Source: Trichosphaerium sp. ATCC 40318
Lineage: Eukaryota; Protista; Tubulinea
DNA: 64,000 nucleotides
Assembly (NCBI GenBank): GCA_038496445.1
Contig: JALMLS010000579.1
Coordinates: 1-64,000, forward strand
Reading direction: 5' to 3'
Shown piece after piece: positions 1-13,500 of this stretch (positions are counted from its first letter, which is position 1; the number at the start of each line of letters is the position of its first letter). Made by a program: the position numbers and the translations under genes. A model generated the notes under the pieces. The model ran no database searches and was not told where the DNA came from. It worked only from the letters and a program-made list of their open reading frames with translations.

Positions 1-33
1 CCATCTATAATTTACTTACGTTTTTTAATAAAG

Positions 34-1638
34 GGTATGCCAGATTCTTGGACAGAAAGATTAACAGCTAGCGGATTTTCGAAAAACGAGATTGCAGAGA
101 ACAAAATGGAGCTAATGTCCATTCTACAAACTCAAGATTCTAATGCGCATCTCTCTAACAGAGATTTTCCAGACGAGGCGCAAGTAACTTGCAGTTTGAG
201 TACGTGCAACCTCAGATTCAGAATTCGAAAGAAGTTGACTTTTTTTTTTAGGCGATTTAGTGTCGTTTGAAGATCCTCGGTTACGATTCCGTATTATTGA
301 TGATGGTCTCGGTGAAGGGTAAGAGTTTTTTACTAGATGGTTTCTAATCTGATATAGGGCTATGGGAGTTGTTGTATTAGCGGAGGATATGCTTGATAAT
401 GACAACAGAGTAAGCCTTTTTTATGTTTGATAACATTTTGAGGCACATCGAGTTTTTTTCCAGTTTTGTTGTTTGTACTTGTTTGTTGCTCTATTCTGAT
501 ACAAATACTTTAAGGTTGCTATTAAAAAAATGGTTATAAAGAGTGCTAATATGCAAGAGCTAAAAACAGAGATTTATATAATGAAAACGAGTAACCATAG
601 AAATATTGTATCATATATTAATAGCTTTGTACTTGATGATATGTTATGGGTTGTTATGGAATATATGGATGGTGGTACTCTTGCTGAACTCATAGAGTAT
701 CATGCTAGCGTACCTCTAAGTGAAGTTCAAATGAGATATATTATTTTCAACATAATGAAGTGCGTTGCTCTGTTTTTTTCCTTCGTTCTCACAATTTTCT
801 TATCTTTTTTCTCTTCAATGTTCTTTGTTAATTTTTTTTCTAGAGGATTGAATTATATTCATGCTATGCATAGAATACATCGAGATATAAAGTACGCTAG
901 GGATTTTGCTTTGCAAGGTTTTTATTTTTTTCTCAAACGCGTAGCTGCGTTTGCTTTACGCGTTCATTTCAAAACTATTCTTAAGTGCTTATGCTTGCTT
1001 TAGGTCTGATAATGTCTTGTTATCGCGAAGGGGTGATGTTAAAATTGCTGATTTTGGTGAGTCTTGAGATACTTTAGATTTAATGCTAACGAGTATAAAG
1101 GCTTTGCCGTACAGCTCACAAAAAAGCAACGCACACGCAAAACAACGCTTGGTACTCCATATTGGATGGCTCCTGAGCTCATAAGAGGTAAAAAATATGG
1201 CTTGAAAGTGGATATTTGGAGTACGGGGATACTTACTATGGAGATGCTTGAGGTAGTCAATTTTTTTTTTTTTTGATGCAAGTTGCTTATAAATTATCTA
1301 AGGGTGAACCACCTTATATTGAGTTACCATCACTCAAAGCGCTTCTTATGATAAGTAAGAAAGGCGCACCAAATCTTCAGCACCCTGAAAAGTGGACAGA
1401 TGTCTTTAAGGTACGAACAACATTGAAGTGTTAAGGTGGGTATTTAATTTTTTTTTAGGACTTTTTAAGCAAGTGTTTAATGAAGAAACCACGTGATCGT
1501 TCAACAACAGCTGAGTTGATGAAGCATCAGTTTATGCTTCTAGCAGCAAATGATAGTCCAGCAGATCTTTGTCCTGCTATTGAGAGCGTGTTTAAGATGA
1601 GAGAGTTAGTTAAATCTAACTTTAGTAAGCCTACATAA
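34..1638 (+). CDS. Mirror (partial) copy of the PAK/STE20 kinase 3' exons
   Basis: Spliced exons give VAIKKM, IHRDIK-SDN, VKIADFG and GTPYWMAPE, with stop TAA at 1636-1638. Near-identical to the 5383-7018 minus-strand copy. Confidence 0.8.
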
Positions 1639-2434
1639 AAAGGCGTTGTTGGTTTTGCTTTTTTTTTTGAAAGAAAAAAAATTGAAACGAAAAAAAAAAG
1701 GAATGAGGGGGTTACAGTGCTGTTACACTGCAACTTTTTCTCTTTTTGTTTTGTTTCTGTTAAATCCAGATTATTTGTACATTAGATTATTGTAAAGGAA
1801 ATATCAATGGTGTTAACATAAAATATTATTTAAATGCCAAGTTGCAAACCGTTTTTTTTTGTTGTTGGTTTAGGAAAGGTATTGTTGACGGGTTTAGTGT
1901 TGCTTGAGTATAACTGCATGCTGTTGATATGATTAGTAACAGAAGTAGTAGGGTAGATATTGGTTGTTTTAAAAAGTGGCCGCTGGGCAAGAGCGTTGTA
2001 CTTTTTGCCTTTGAGAAAACATGTCTTGAAAGACATCCCTTTTTATTTATTACACCAAACAAAAATTAACAAGTCAGACCACCACAGTTTAAGTAGAGCT
2101 ATCGAAGCAGAAAAGTACTTGTTTTTTAGCTGTTAAAAGCCAGCGCGACTTGATATAGCATAAGAACTTAATAGCAAAACCAACAACTTTTTATATGGCT
2201 TACTAAATGTAAGATAGAAGAGCGTTGAAACTGTCTAGCTAGTTGTAAATGCGGGAACGGACTTACACATCAAACACTTTCACAACGGATGACCTAGATC
2301 ATTGATATCATGTGGGAAACCTTCCGCGTTTTTGTGCTCAAATACTCTTCCACTCACTAGAAAGTGCTGTAAACGAAAGCTAAGGCTGTAAATAAACTGG
2401 AATTCTATTGACAATCATATCACAAATTTTATTA

Positions 2435-3308
2435 TTACTTACATTGTCCGTCTTCATACCATTCCTTACATTTACCATACTGTTTACCATCAACAAATGT
2501 GCATTGAAACCTTAATTGTCCATTATCGTACCATCCCTTATTTTCACCATGTTTTTTACCATCAACCCACATGCACTGGTACTTTAGTTGTCCATTCTTA
2601 TACCATATCTTACTTTCACCATGTTGTTTGTCACAAACCCGTAACTTGTGGTACTGAAGTTGCCCATTTTCATACCATCCTTTACTGTCACTGTGTTGTG
2701 TACCATCAACCCAAAAGCTAATGTCCTTAAGTTGTCCATTTTCATACCATCCCTTACTTTCACCTGCTGTTTACCATCAGCCCACATACATTGCTCCTCA
2801 AGCTGACCATTATCATACCATCCTTACTTTCACCGTGCTGTTTATCATCAACCCACATGCTTTTTCCTCTAGTGGCCATTTTATACCATCCCTTACTTTC
2901 ACCATGCTGTTTACCATCAACCCACATACATTGCTCCTCAAGCTGACCATTATCATACCATCCCTTACTTTCACCGTGCTGTTTATTATCAACCCACATG
3001 CATTGACTCTTTGGTGTCCATTTTATACCATTCTACACTAAGGCCATTTTTTTTACCATCAACTGATACATACTGCCTCTTAGTTTTCCACTCTCATACC
3101 ATTGTTTACATATCCCACTCATACAATATTTATGAAGCCTTACCTTACCACTTCTATACCATTGTATCCATACTCCTTTCTTTTGTAACGCTTCATCAAA
3201 ATGTGTATTAGTTGCAGCTCTCTTTGATAAACTGTGGAACTTGTGAATACTTCTTTGTTGAAAGTACAAATGTAGTTTGAAGTTCACGTGGAATATCAGT
3301 AAACTCAT
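2435..3308 (-). pseudogene. Mirror copy of the F-box-like/MORN-variant repeat gene, frameshifted
   Basis: Reverse complement of 3703-4585 with several single-base indels (ORF fragments 2584-2787, 2760-2999, 3033-3317). Likely sequence error inside the fold-back. Confidence 0.65.
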
Positions 3309-3702
3309 GGAGTGCAAATACTTTGTATTTTTTTATGCTTTGTGGTAGACTATACAAAAAACTACTGTCAGCATAAACACAAAGGAGAACAAAAGAATCT
3401 GTTGGCAATCAATGTTATCAAAGTAGATGTCAGTATTTCGCTTCAAAAACTCACTAAATCTGTGTATGCTCATTGTACAGTTTCTGAACACTTATTTATG
3501 GCCTTTTATTACACCATAGCCAATACAAACGTGTTTACTTTTTTTTTGAATAACGGTGAATGGCGAAACCGAAAACCGACATTATACTTTTGATAACATT
3601 GATTGCCAACAGATTCTTTTGTTCTCCTTGTGTTTTGCTGACAGTAGTTTTTTTTTATAGTCTACCACAAAGCATAAAAAAATACAAAGTAATTTGCACT
3701 CC

Positions 3703-4585
3703 ATGAGTTTACTGGATATTCCACGTGAACTTCAAACTTACATTTGTACTTTCAACAAAGAAGTATTCACAAAGTTCCACAGTTTATCAAAGAGAGCTGC
3801 AACTAATACACTTTGATGAAGCGTTACAAAAGAAAGGAGTATGGATACAATGGTATAGAAGTGGTAAGGTAAGGCTTCATAAATATTGTATGAGTGGGAT
3901 ATGTAAACAATGGTATGAGAGTGGAAAACTTAAGAGGCAGTATGTATCAGTTGATGGTAAAAAAAATGGCCTTAGTGTAGAATGGTATGAAAATGGACAC
4001 CAAAAGAGTCAATGCATGTGGGTTGATAATAAACAGCACGGTGAAAGTAAGGGATGGTATGATAATGGTCAGCTTGAGGAGCAATGTATGTGGGTTGATG
4101 GTAAACAGCATGGTGAAAGTAAGGGATGGTATAAAAATGGCCAGCTAGAGGAAAAAAGCATGTGGGTTGATGATAAACAGCACGGTGAAAGTAAGGGATG
4201 GTATGATAATGGTCAGCTTGAGGAGCAATGTATGTGGGCTGATGGTAAACAGCACGGTGAAAGTAAGGGATGGTATGAAAATGGACAACTTAAGGACATT
4301 AGCTTTTGGGTTGATGGTACACAACACAGTGACAGTAAAGGATGGTATGAAAATGGGCAACTTCAGTACCACAAGTTACGGGTTTGTGACAAACAACATG
4401 GTGAAAGTAAGATATGGTATAAGAATGGACAACTAAAGTACCAGTGCATGTGGGTTGATGGTAAAAAACATGGTGAAAATAAGGGATGGTACGATAATGG
4501 ACAATTAAGGTTTCAATGCACATTTGTTGATGGTAAACAGTATGGTAAATGTAAGGAATGGTATGAAGACGGACAATGTAAGTAA
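3703..4585 (+). CDS. F-box-like N-terminus plus MORN-variant (MORN_2/YwqK-like) repeat protein, intronless
   Basis: ATG 3703 gives MSLLDIPRELQTYICTFNKEVFTKFHSLSK. A 2-nt slip near 3810 is corrected by the mirror arm. About ten 23-aa repeats WYxNGQLxxxxxWVDGKQHGExKG follow. Confidence 0.85.
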
Positions 4586-5382
4586 TAATAAAATTTGTGA
4601 TATGATTGTCAATAGAATTCCAGTTTATTTACAGCCTTAGCTTTCGTTTACAGCACTTTCTAGTGAGTGGAAGAGTATTTGAGCACAAAAACGCGGAAGG
4701 TTTCCCACATGATATCAATGATCTAGGTCATCCGTTGTGAAAGTGTTTGATGTGTAAGTCCGGTTCCCGCATTTACAACTAGCTAGACAGTTTCAACGCT
4801 CTTCTATCTTACATTTAGTAAGCCATATAAAAAGTTGTTGGTTTTGCTATTAAGTTCTTATGCTATATCAAGTCGCGCTGGCTTTTAACAGCTAAAAAAC
4901 AAGTACTTTTCTGCTTCGATAGCTCTACTTAAACTGTGGTGGTCTGACTTGTTAATTTTTGTTTGGTGTAATAAATAAAAAGGGATGTCTTTCAAGACAT
5001 GTTTTCTCAAAGGCAAAAAGTACAACGCTCTTGCCCAGCGGCCACTTTTTAAAACAACCAATATCTACCCTACTACTTCTGTTACTAATCATATCAACAG
5101 CATGCAGTTATACTCAAGCAACACTAAACCCGTCAACAATACCTTTCCTAAACCAACAACAAAAAAAAACGGTTTGCAACTTGGCATTTAAATAATATTT
5201 TATGTTAACACCATTGATATTTCCTTTACAATAATCTAATGTACAAATAATCTGGATTTAACAGAAACAAAACAAAAAGAGAAAAAGTTGCAGTGTAACA
5301 GCACTGTAACCCCCTCATTCCTTTTTTTTTTCGTTTCAATTTTTTTTCTTTCAAAAAAAAAAGCAAAACCAACAACGCCTTT

Positions 5383-8107
5383 TTATGTAGGCTTACTAAA
5401 GTTAGATTTAACTAACTCTCTCATCTTAAACACGCTCTCAATAGCAGGACAAAGATCTGCTGGACTATCATTTGCTGCTAGAAGCATAAACTGATGCTTC
5501 ATCAACTCAGCTGTTGTTGAACGATCACGTGGTTTCTTCATTAAACACTTGCTTAAAAAGTCCTAAAAAAAAATTAAATACCCACCTTAACACTTCAATG
5601 TTGTTCGTACCTTAAAGACATCTGTCCACTTTTCAGGGTGCTGAAGATTTGGTGCGCCTTTCTTACTTATCATAAGAAGCGCTTTGAGTGATGGTAACTC
5701 AATATAAGGTGGTTCACCCTTAGATAATTTATAAGCAACTTGCATCAAAAAAAAAAAAATTGACTACCTCAAGCATCTCCATAGTAAGTATCCCCGTACT
5801 CCAAATATCCACTTTCAAGCCATATTTTTTACCTCTTATGAGCTCAGGAGCCATCCAATATGGAGTACCAAGCGTTGTTTTGCGTGTGCGTTGCTTTTTT
5901 GTGAGCTGTACGGCAAAGCCTTTATACTCGTTAGCATTAAATCTAAAGTATCTCAAGACTCACCAAAATCAGCAATTTTAACATCACCCCTTCGCGATAA
6001 CAAGACATTATCAGACCTAAAGCAAGCATAAGCACTTAAGAATAGTTTTGAAATGAACGCGTAAAGCAAACGCAGCTACGCGTTTGAGAAAAAAATAAAA
6101 ACCTTGCAAAGCAAAATCCCTAGCGTACTTTATATCTCGATGTATTCTATGCATAGCATGAATATAATTCAATCCTCTAGAAAAAAAATTAACAAAGAAC
6201 ATTGAAGAGAAAAAAGATAAGAAAATTGTGAGAACGAAGGAAAAAAACAGAGCAACGCACTTCATTATGTTGAAAATAATATATCTCATTTGAACTTCAC
6301 TTAGAGGTACGCTAGCATGATACTCTATGAGTTCAGCAAGAGTACCACCATCCATATATTCCATAACAACCCATAACATATCATCAAGTACAAAGCTATT
6401 AATATATGATACAATATTTCTATGGTTACTCGTTTTCATTATATAAATCTCTGTTTTTAGCTCTTGCATATTAGCACTCTTTATAACCATTTTTTTAATA
6501 GCAACCTTAAAGTATTTGTATCAGAATAGAGCAACAAACAAGTACAAACAACAAAACTGGAAAAAAACTCGATGTGCCTCAAAATGTTATCAAACATAAA
6601 AAAGGCTTACTCTGTTGTCATTATCAAGCATATCCTCCGCTAATACAACAACTCCCATAGCCCTATATCAGATTAGAAACCATCTAGTAAAAAACTCTTA
6701 CCCTTCACCGAGACCATCATCAATAATACGGAATCGTAACCGAGGATCTTCAAACGACACTAAATCGCCTAAAAAAAAAAGTCAACTTCTTTCGAATTCT
6801 GAATCTGAGGTTGCACGTACTCAAACTGCAAGTTACTTGCGCCTCGTCTGGAAAATCTCTGTTAGAGAGATGCGCATTAGAATCTTGAGTTTGTAGAATG
6901 GACATTAGCTCCAGTTTGTTCTCTGCAATCTCGTTTTTCGAAAATCCGCTAGCTGTTAATCTTTCTGTCCAAGAATCTGGCATACCCTTTATTAAAAACG
7001 TAAGTAAATTATAGATGGAAGACAAAAAAGTTAAAGAAAGCCACTACGCGTTTTATTTTTGTGTAGTCGCTACTCGTGTGTAATCTCGTGATTTTTATAC
7101 GTACAACAAGACCATTTCCGTCGTTACTGACATGAACATGATGCATAGGCTTATACGGTTCACCTATGCTCTTTCTAGGTTTTGCTTTTTGTTTTTTCTT
7201 CTGTCTCCACTTGAACAATAATCGATCAAGGCGTCCTGTTCGCTCTTCTTTATTGCCTTCAGGCGCACAGTTAGTTTAATTTGGTTATCAATAATCAAGC
7301 AACGAAGAAAGAAAATAATTTACGGATTTTGTTTTTCTTTCCAACTCACTTTTTAGCTCTTCTAGAGAAGGTCTCTCGTCTAAAAACTGGCTGATTGCTT
7401 CTCTTGTGAGTACTTTAGAGTCAACAATGGATGTTTCAAATACGTTAACCTGTACAACCCGTTTAGAAGCGTTATATGAGTTAGCATGCGTACAGCGTTG
7501 TTTGCGCGTGGTGATTCCGATTTTCCCCTGCGAGAGCGTTTAATGCGCTTCTTCTTCTAAACAGGCTTGAGTCTGATGGTTTTAAACGTAGCACACTTGA
7601 TACCTTTTTTTTAGCGCTATCTACCCGAGTTGGCGACACTAAGCCATTTGCCATCCCAGGGACTATCTCAGGGAGTGGTGGTATTGTTGTTGGAGGTAAT
7701 GGAACAACTACCCGACGCCCAGCCTGTGGAGATGAACTGTTGTGACGATTGAACGTTGTGATCATTTCTGTTTGCCTTCGATCGCTGATTGGTAGGCGTG
7801 GCGAAATACGACTGCCAACATGTTGTGGTAAACTAATGCTTTGCTGCATTCCGTTTAAATTAGGCAGTGTTGGTCGCGCAGCTGCACTTCGCGGTGTCAA
7901 TTCTGCCGGTTGGTGTAGAATGCGGACGTAATCATAAGGGAACCACCCAGTGACTCCGTTTAGCTCTCCGCGTGCCCAACCACCACTCTTCTCCAAAAAT
8001 TTGATCAGATCTCCTTTGGCGATGGCTAATTCATTTTGACCAACCATTCTGGGCGCGTACGACTCTATTGCAACGCATTGCGTATCTTTAGCACCAGGAG
8101 AAGCCAT
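5383..8107 (-). CDS. p21-activated (PAK/STE20) kinase with N-terminal SH3 and CRIB domains, multi-exon
   Basis: SH3 (ELAIAKGD...GWARG...GWFPYDYV), Pro-rich linker, CRIB (SIGEPYKPMHHVHV), and a kinase domain with GEG-AMG, HRDIK, DFG and the STE20 signature GTPYWMAPE. Confidence 0.93.
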
Positions 8108-8432
8108 CAGATGGTTTGAGAAGCAATATCTATAGCTTATACATACTGTATGCTTTAACCTACACTAGCGAGATGGTCTTACAATAGGTTTGTTTTTAGA
8201 ACAAAATGATGTAACGTTTCCGGATTAAGTCTTGAACAAAAATGTTCAACACAACAACAAGCCTATAGCAATGGTACACTACTACTAAAAACCCTCCAAA
8301 GGCGAAAAACTACCAAAAGTGAAAACAAACTTCGTATGTACTCGATTTGTCTTTTTTTTTTGACATTACGTCTAAACGGCGTCAACAGCAGCTTTGAGTA
8401 TACTAGATGCAGAGTCTTTATTTGGTTTATTA

Positions 8433-9897
8433 TTATTTAGCTTTCTTAGGTAACAAACGCTTATTAAGTTTTCCTTCAAGACTCAATTGTTCGATTTCTT
8501 TATCGATTTCCTTTTGTTTTGCAAAATCTTCTTCATTGTACTCTGGGCAAAGTGCAATCTCATTGATTGAAAGAGCAGTACCACGTACTTGACCATAAGT
8601 ACTCCATAGAGGTTGTCCAGGGAACTTAAATAGAGCAATACGCGCTAGATCATTTTGTGATATTTTAAAGTTTTTAGCAACACGTTTGATCAATACGCTC
8701 GTAGGTGGTGCCATGATCTTGAAATTTACTGTACGCTTGTTTTTAGGATCTTTGTTCTTCATAATAAGTACTGTGACGATCACACCTAGGCAAAGAAACC
8801 ACCAAGTTAGTAAAATGTTTGTTAACAGTAAGAGAATGTCATAAAATGATAATTTTGCAGTTGTATGCGTACCTGCTGGGTATTTCTTTGTTTCTTCGTT
8901 AAAGCTCATAACGAAAATACCAGTAGGAATACCGTGCATACCTAGAAGAGGTCCAAGTGGAGGTCCAGGAGAAGCCATTTGAGTAGGTACATGTACAGTA
9001 AGTAAACCGCTCCGTCTACGCAAACGTTTAGAACACTGTTACAACACAAAGAGCAACTATAAAAAGGGATGCTATTAAACTAAAGCTACTGTATACCTAA
9101 AACCTGTATGCCATCTAAAACCGATTTCACGCTCAGGATCAACTACATCATCCAAAGGTTTTTCTTCTTGAACAAACCGTTCTCTCATTGCAGCGTCTAG
9201 CATTTTACCTGGTTTTATCTTTATACCAGATGTAATAAAAGCTTCCTTCTCTTGGTATGATTTGAATTTAGCCCATTTGCTTGGCTACAAAGAAAGAGTT
9301 TAGAAGAACAAAGCCGTACAGACATTCTACAAAACAAATTGACAATAGTCCTTCCAGGGTTTTTTTGTTGTGATAAGGCGCGTGTACGCATCGTCAGTTT
9401 GTTGGGGAGGTAATTTATGCGTACCTCAGTGTATTTAGGTCGTGATAATATTTCTTTTTCAATTTCCTCTAGCTCCTTTTCTTCCTCCTTTGTTACGCTA
9501 AAGTCGAAGAACTGTGATAGTTTAGCTTATTGAATGCGCTTTTTTATCCAGTATTCGTACATCTGGTTCATCTTCGAAGACTTTGTGCGATGGAGCTTCG
9601 TCTATTTCCCTAATCTTCCAAGGTAGGTCTTTGGTGGGCCTTGCATCGTAATTTGGTCCAAACTTTGCTATTTTTTGTTCTTTAGTGAGTTCTGGCTCTG
9701 AAGCAGGGGCTGGTGGTCGTCCTTTGCCTTTTGGTTGCTTTTTGTCTTTCTTTGTTCTCACGAACATTAAAGGGGCCACAATGCGTCTAACAACGTAATT
9801 ATGATTATATAGCTACTTATTACTCATACGTTTGCCTCACAGCTGATGTAGCTGCACAACCGCGTCGTGTACTGTATCTCGCTAGTATTCCCGCCAT
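8433..9897 (-). CDS. MRPL11: Mitochondrial ribosomal protein uL11 with long N-terminal extension, multi-exon
   Basis: ASPGPPLGPLLGMHGI..F...FNEET...PAG and ..PPTSVLIK match uL11. Upstream exons run to ATG 9897 (MAGILARYSTRRGCAATSAVRQ, an Arg/Ser-rich presequence). Linkage of the upstream exons is inferred. Confidence 0.75.
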
Positions 9898-10141
9898 CTG
9901 TATAGCCTGCTGTTATAGTATTTACAGATTTATCTATAAGAGCATTGCTGCTAGTATAAGTAACTGTGACATTATCGCTGGTACGTACACTAAGCTTCAG
10001 GCTGTAAACAAACTTATATCAAGGAGTCAGCGACAGTCATTTTGGTTGAGCTCAACCGTTTATTTGATTAACGCCTTTACAAGCTTGACGATAGCCTACA
10101 CGATAAACCTTTATCATTAATTTCGTGTCAATTTGTTTTTT

Positions 10142-10347
10142 ATGACAGGTTCTCTATTTCAAAACCTTACTGCCTTTCAAGTGGTAGGAGTAGCTTTACT
10201 CTCGTGTGGCGCAATGCTTCTCGCTATTGCTCTCCTGTGTGGTGATACAACTCGCAAAAGTACGTAGGCGCATTGTTTATTCGTTATTCTGAGGTTCAAC
10301 GCGTGGTAGAGGACATTCAACGAGCTGTATCAAAAAAAGTGAGCTAA
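10142..10347 (+). CDS. Putative 51-aa single-pass membrane microprotein, two exons
   Basis: Exon 10142-10259, GTACGT...TAG intron 10260-10309 and exon 10310-10347 splice in frame to MTGSLFQNLTAFQVVGVALLSCGAMLLAIALLCGDTTRKKDIQRAVSKKVS*. Confidence 0.5.
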
Positions 10348-10580
10348 CACCATCTAATTACTCTGTCGCTGTTATCATGTATACACGATCACAATACAAA
10401 GATATTTAACTTTATACGTCTTTCAAACGACTCCAAAATAGTTAGTGTCTGTTAACGTTGGTTTGATACATGTTATTAATATTAAACCAACTCCCTTAGT
10501 CACTTGTAAACAAAAAAAATAGCGTTGATCGACAAGAACGAAATTTGGAACATTTTTATTTTTTACTGGATAAAAGCAAC

Positions 10581-13500
10581 ATGAGCGCGCATAAACCGTC
10601 TAAAACCGGTAAACGCAAACGCAAACGGTCAAGTGAGTATCCTAACACCTTTTGGATTGAAAATAATAGGCATAGATAATACAAAACGACAATTGAGTGA
10701 TCCTGTGCAAGAATCGAGTGGGGAAATAAGACAGAAGCCTGCAAAGAGAATAAAACGCGTAAGCATTGCAAGTTAGCCTAAATCACTCTGAGTGACGTAT
10801 ACGCCATTTCATGCATTTAAAAGCATAATTAGGATGATTCCGCAAAATCTAATCAAAACGACACCACACCGGTGTCAATTCTACGTACTCCAGGCCACTC
10901 TACACGCACAAAGCGTAGACGCGTTGTTTTTGGCAAAACGCAGTTCAGTACAGCGCCTAAGAGGAAATCCTACAAAAGCAATCAATTCTGGCTTCCAAAC
11001 TTTCCTCGTCGTCGTACGAGAAGTTACTACCAAACAATAGAAGAATCGAGGTAACGGAATTTATTGTATTTAACAGAAAACAATCACGTGAAAGCCTTTT
11101 GTGTCAGTTTTTTTTTGGATTTTTCTCTTCAATGCACGCGCCTGTAATTTTCTTTCTTTGCTCTTACCATGCATTTATTTACTTTGCTAAATGCTATTAA
11201 ATAAAAATACCATGTACTGATTAGTTACTAGTTCAAGTGAGGAAGAAGAAGAACAAGTTATAATACAACAAGATGTATACCAAAATATCGAACAAGAAGA
11301 TGATCCGTTTGCTGATAAAGTTGCTTCACTATCAAAAATGCTAGATATTGATCCGAAGTCAAGCTGGGAGGATGTACTTGGTCTAAACGTCTCAGATGAT
11401 TCAGAAGATGCTCCAGAATCAATACACTATGGGTAACAAGCTTGTTTTGTATTAATCGTAACTCTTCTAATTTTTTTACATAGCGCAAATCCTCCACCAC
11501 CCAGACAACGTAGATTATCGCAACAAGTTCCTATAATGCAACCAAAACAAGACACAAGCTTGAATACATTAAAGAGACCTATAAAGCCTTATTTACTAAG
11601 TAGCTCTTCAAGTGATGATGAAGAACTCTATAAAAAATATTGTCCACCTCCTAAGAAAGTATTTCACGTGCCTTTGCCTCCTAAGAGAAAGCGTGAAACC
11701 TATGATGAAGGTACACTTGCAACAACTCCTAACGCCTACACTGGAAAGTCCAATGACGTGGATGCTGCAGAGATGGAAGAGATAAGAAGTTTCTTAAACG
11801 GTACGTTAATTTTTTTTTCGAAGATGCTTGTTTAATGTTCTATATCAAGCCACTCCATCGCCAAAAGTAGTAATCCGTAAGACGCCAACACAGAGGGTCC
11901 AACGTAGTGTTGCGCCAGTGAGTTTTAACAGAGCGGAGGAAGATGTATACGAAAGAAGACAAAGTTTACCTTCTCGTTCCATTAAGAAGCCTGTAGTGCC
12001 TAGTAAGAAGCAAAAAATGGCACCTAAGCCAAAAGCACCACAAAAGAAACGACAAATCAAACGTAGCGCTGCGTATGATGAGTTTAGTGACAGTTCAGAT
12101 GAAGAAGTAGAAATGAAAGACCAAGAATTTGGTGAAGATACTATGATGTTTGAAGCAGGTTTAGAAGGTGATCTTGAATCTTATGATGAAGAAGACGTGT
12201 CTAGTGATGATGATAATAATAAAGAAGAAAGCTTTGAAGAGGACGAAGAGAAAGAAGAAACATCAAAAAGTGTAAAAAATCCTGAGGATAGTTTCAGTTT
12301 TGATGTTGCTGCAATAAAGGCCAAAATGGGTGCGTTCACATATCAGATAGTACATTGTCTGATACCTTTTTTTTAGCAGCAGGAAAGTATGTACCGCCAC
12401 ATGTCCGTAAATCACTCGAAAGGAGTGGCAAGATTAGTGAATTGAAGCGAGTTGTACGTCGTCATTTGAATAAAGTGAGCGAAACAAATCTTACTCAGAC
12501 TGCTGATTTGTTCGTTCCTCTTGTACAAAAATACTCTAGAGCAGGTAAGTACAATTCGTAGTCTACAATTAACACGTGATTTTGTAAAAAAAAAAATTGT
12601 TTGTGATGAACTGTGGACTAATTTTTTTGTTAGATGTCATTGAAGTAACCACTGAGTTGATTCTTGAAGATTGCCTGAATACAAAACAAGTTCATAATTT
12701 CTTGTTTGGTTATAGCGGAATGATAACTATATTACATGTTCTTATTGGCATGGAAGCGGGAGCTCATTTTATAACTGAGCTGGCACGTATGTTTGATAGA
12801 GAATGGCCAAAGAAGAATGAAAAAGTTTTGTCAAACTTGATGCTTCTTTTTATGCACTTGTATAATTTTGAGGTACGGCTCTCTGTTATTAATAATTATA
12901 TATATTTAAAAAGGAGACATATTATTCGCTCGGTACCATTTGAGCATCTAGTACATGTTCAGCTAGTTTTCAAATCAGCCTGCGAAAGTTATTTTGGAAG
13001 TTATTGAACTTTTTTTTTTTGGTTGCCTTTTGCTTGTTTGTTGGAGGTTATTGATTGGTTGATTAAGGTTATACATTCCATGCTTATATTTGATTTGGTC
13101 CGCAAGATAATTGATAGATTTAGTGAGAAGGATGTCCAGCTTTTAGTCTTATTTCTACAAAGTACGTTCAGTGCCTTTTTGGACGACAACGAACTTGAAG
13201 GTGTTGTCTTTTGGTGTTTGCCTGACAAGACTATAAGGTGTCGGTAGACAAATAAAAAAAGACGATCCTAGCTCCTTGAGGGACATTACAGAGGCTGTTG
13301 TAGATAAATTAAATCAAGGTATAGCCAGTTACTTCAACAGAACACTATGTTGAGATTTTCACGTGATAGTGTAAATTTTGTTGACAATTTTTGTTTTGTA
13401 GCCAAGGAAGAACAGGTTGAAGAAGTCTCAACAAGAATGCACTATCTGTTAGAAATTGTTATAGATATGAAGAATAGTAAACAGAAGCTAACAAGGAATG

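Larger units (their letters stand above)
1..7018. repeat. Large inverted duplication (fold-back palindrome), axis near 3500
   Basis: 1-~3430 is the reverse complement of ~3580-7018 (CCATCTATAATTTACTTACG at 1, its reverse complement ending at 7018). ORF pairs are mirrored (530-1003/6017-6490, 1826-2062/4959-5195). Indels increase toward a non-palindromic centre at ~3440-3570. Confidence 0.97.
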
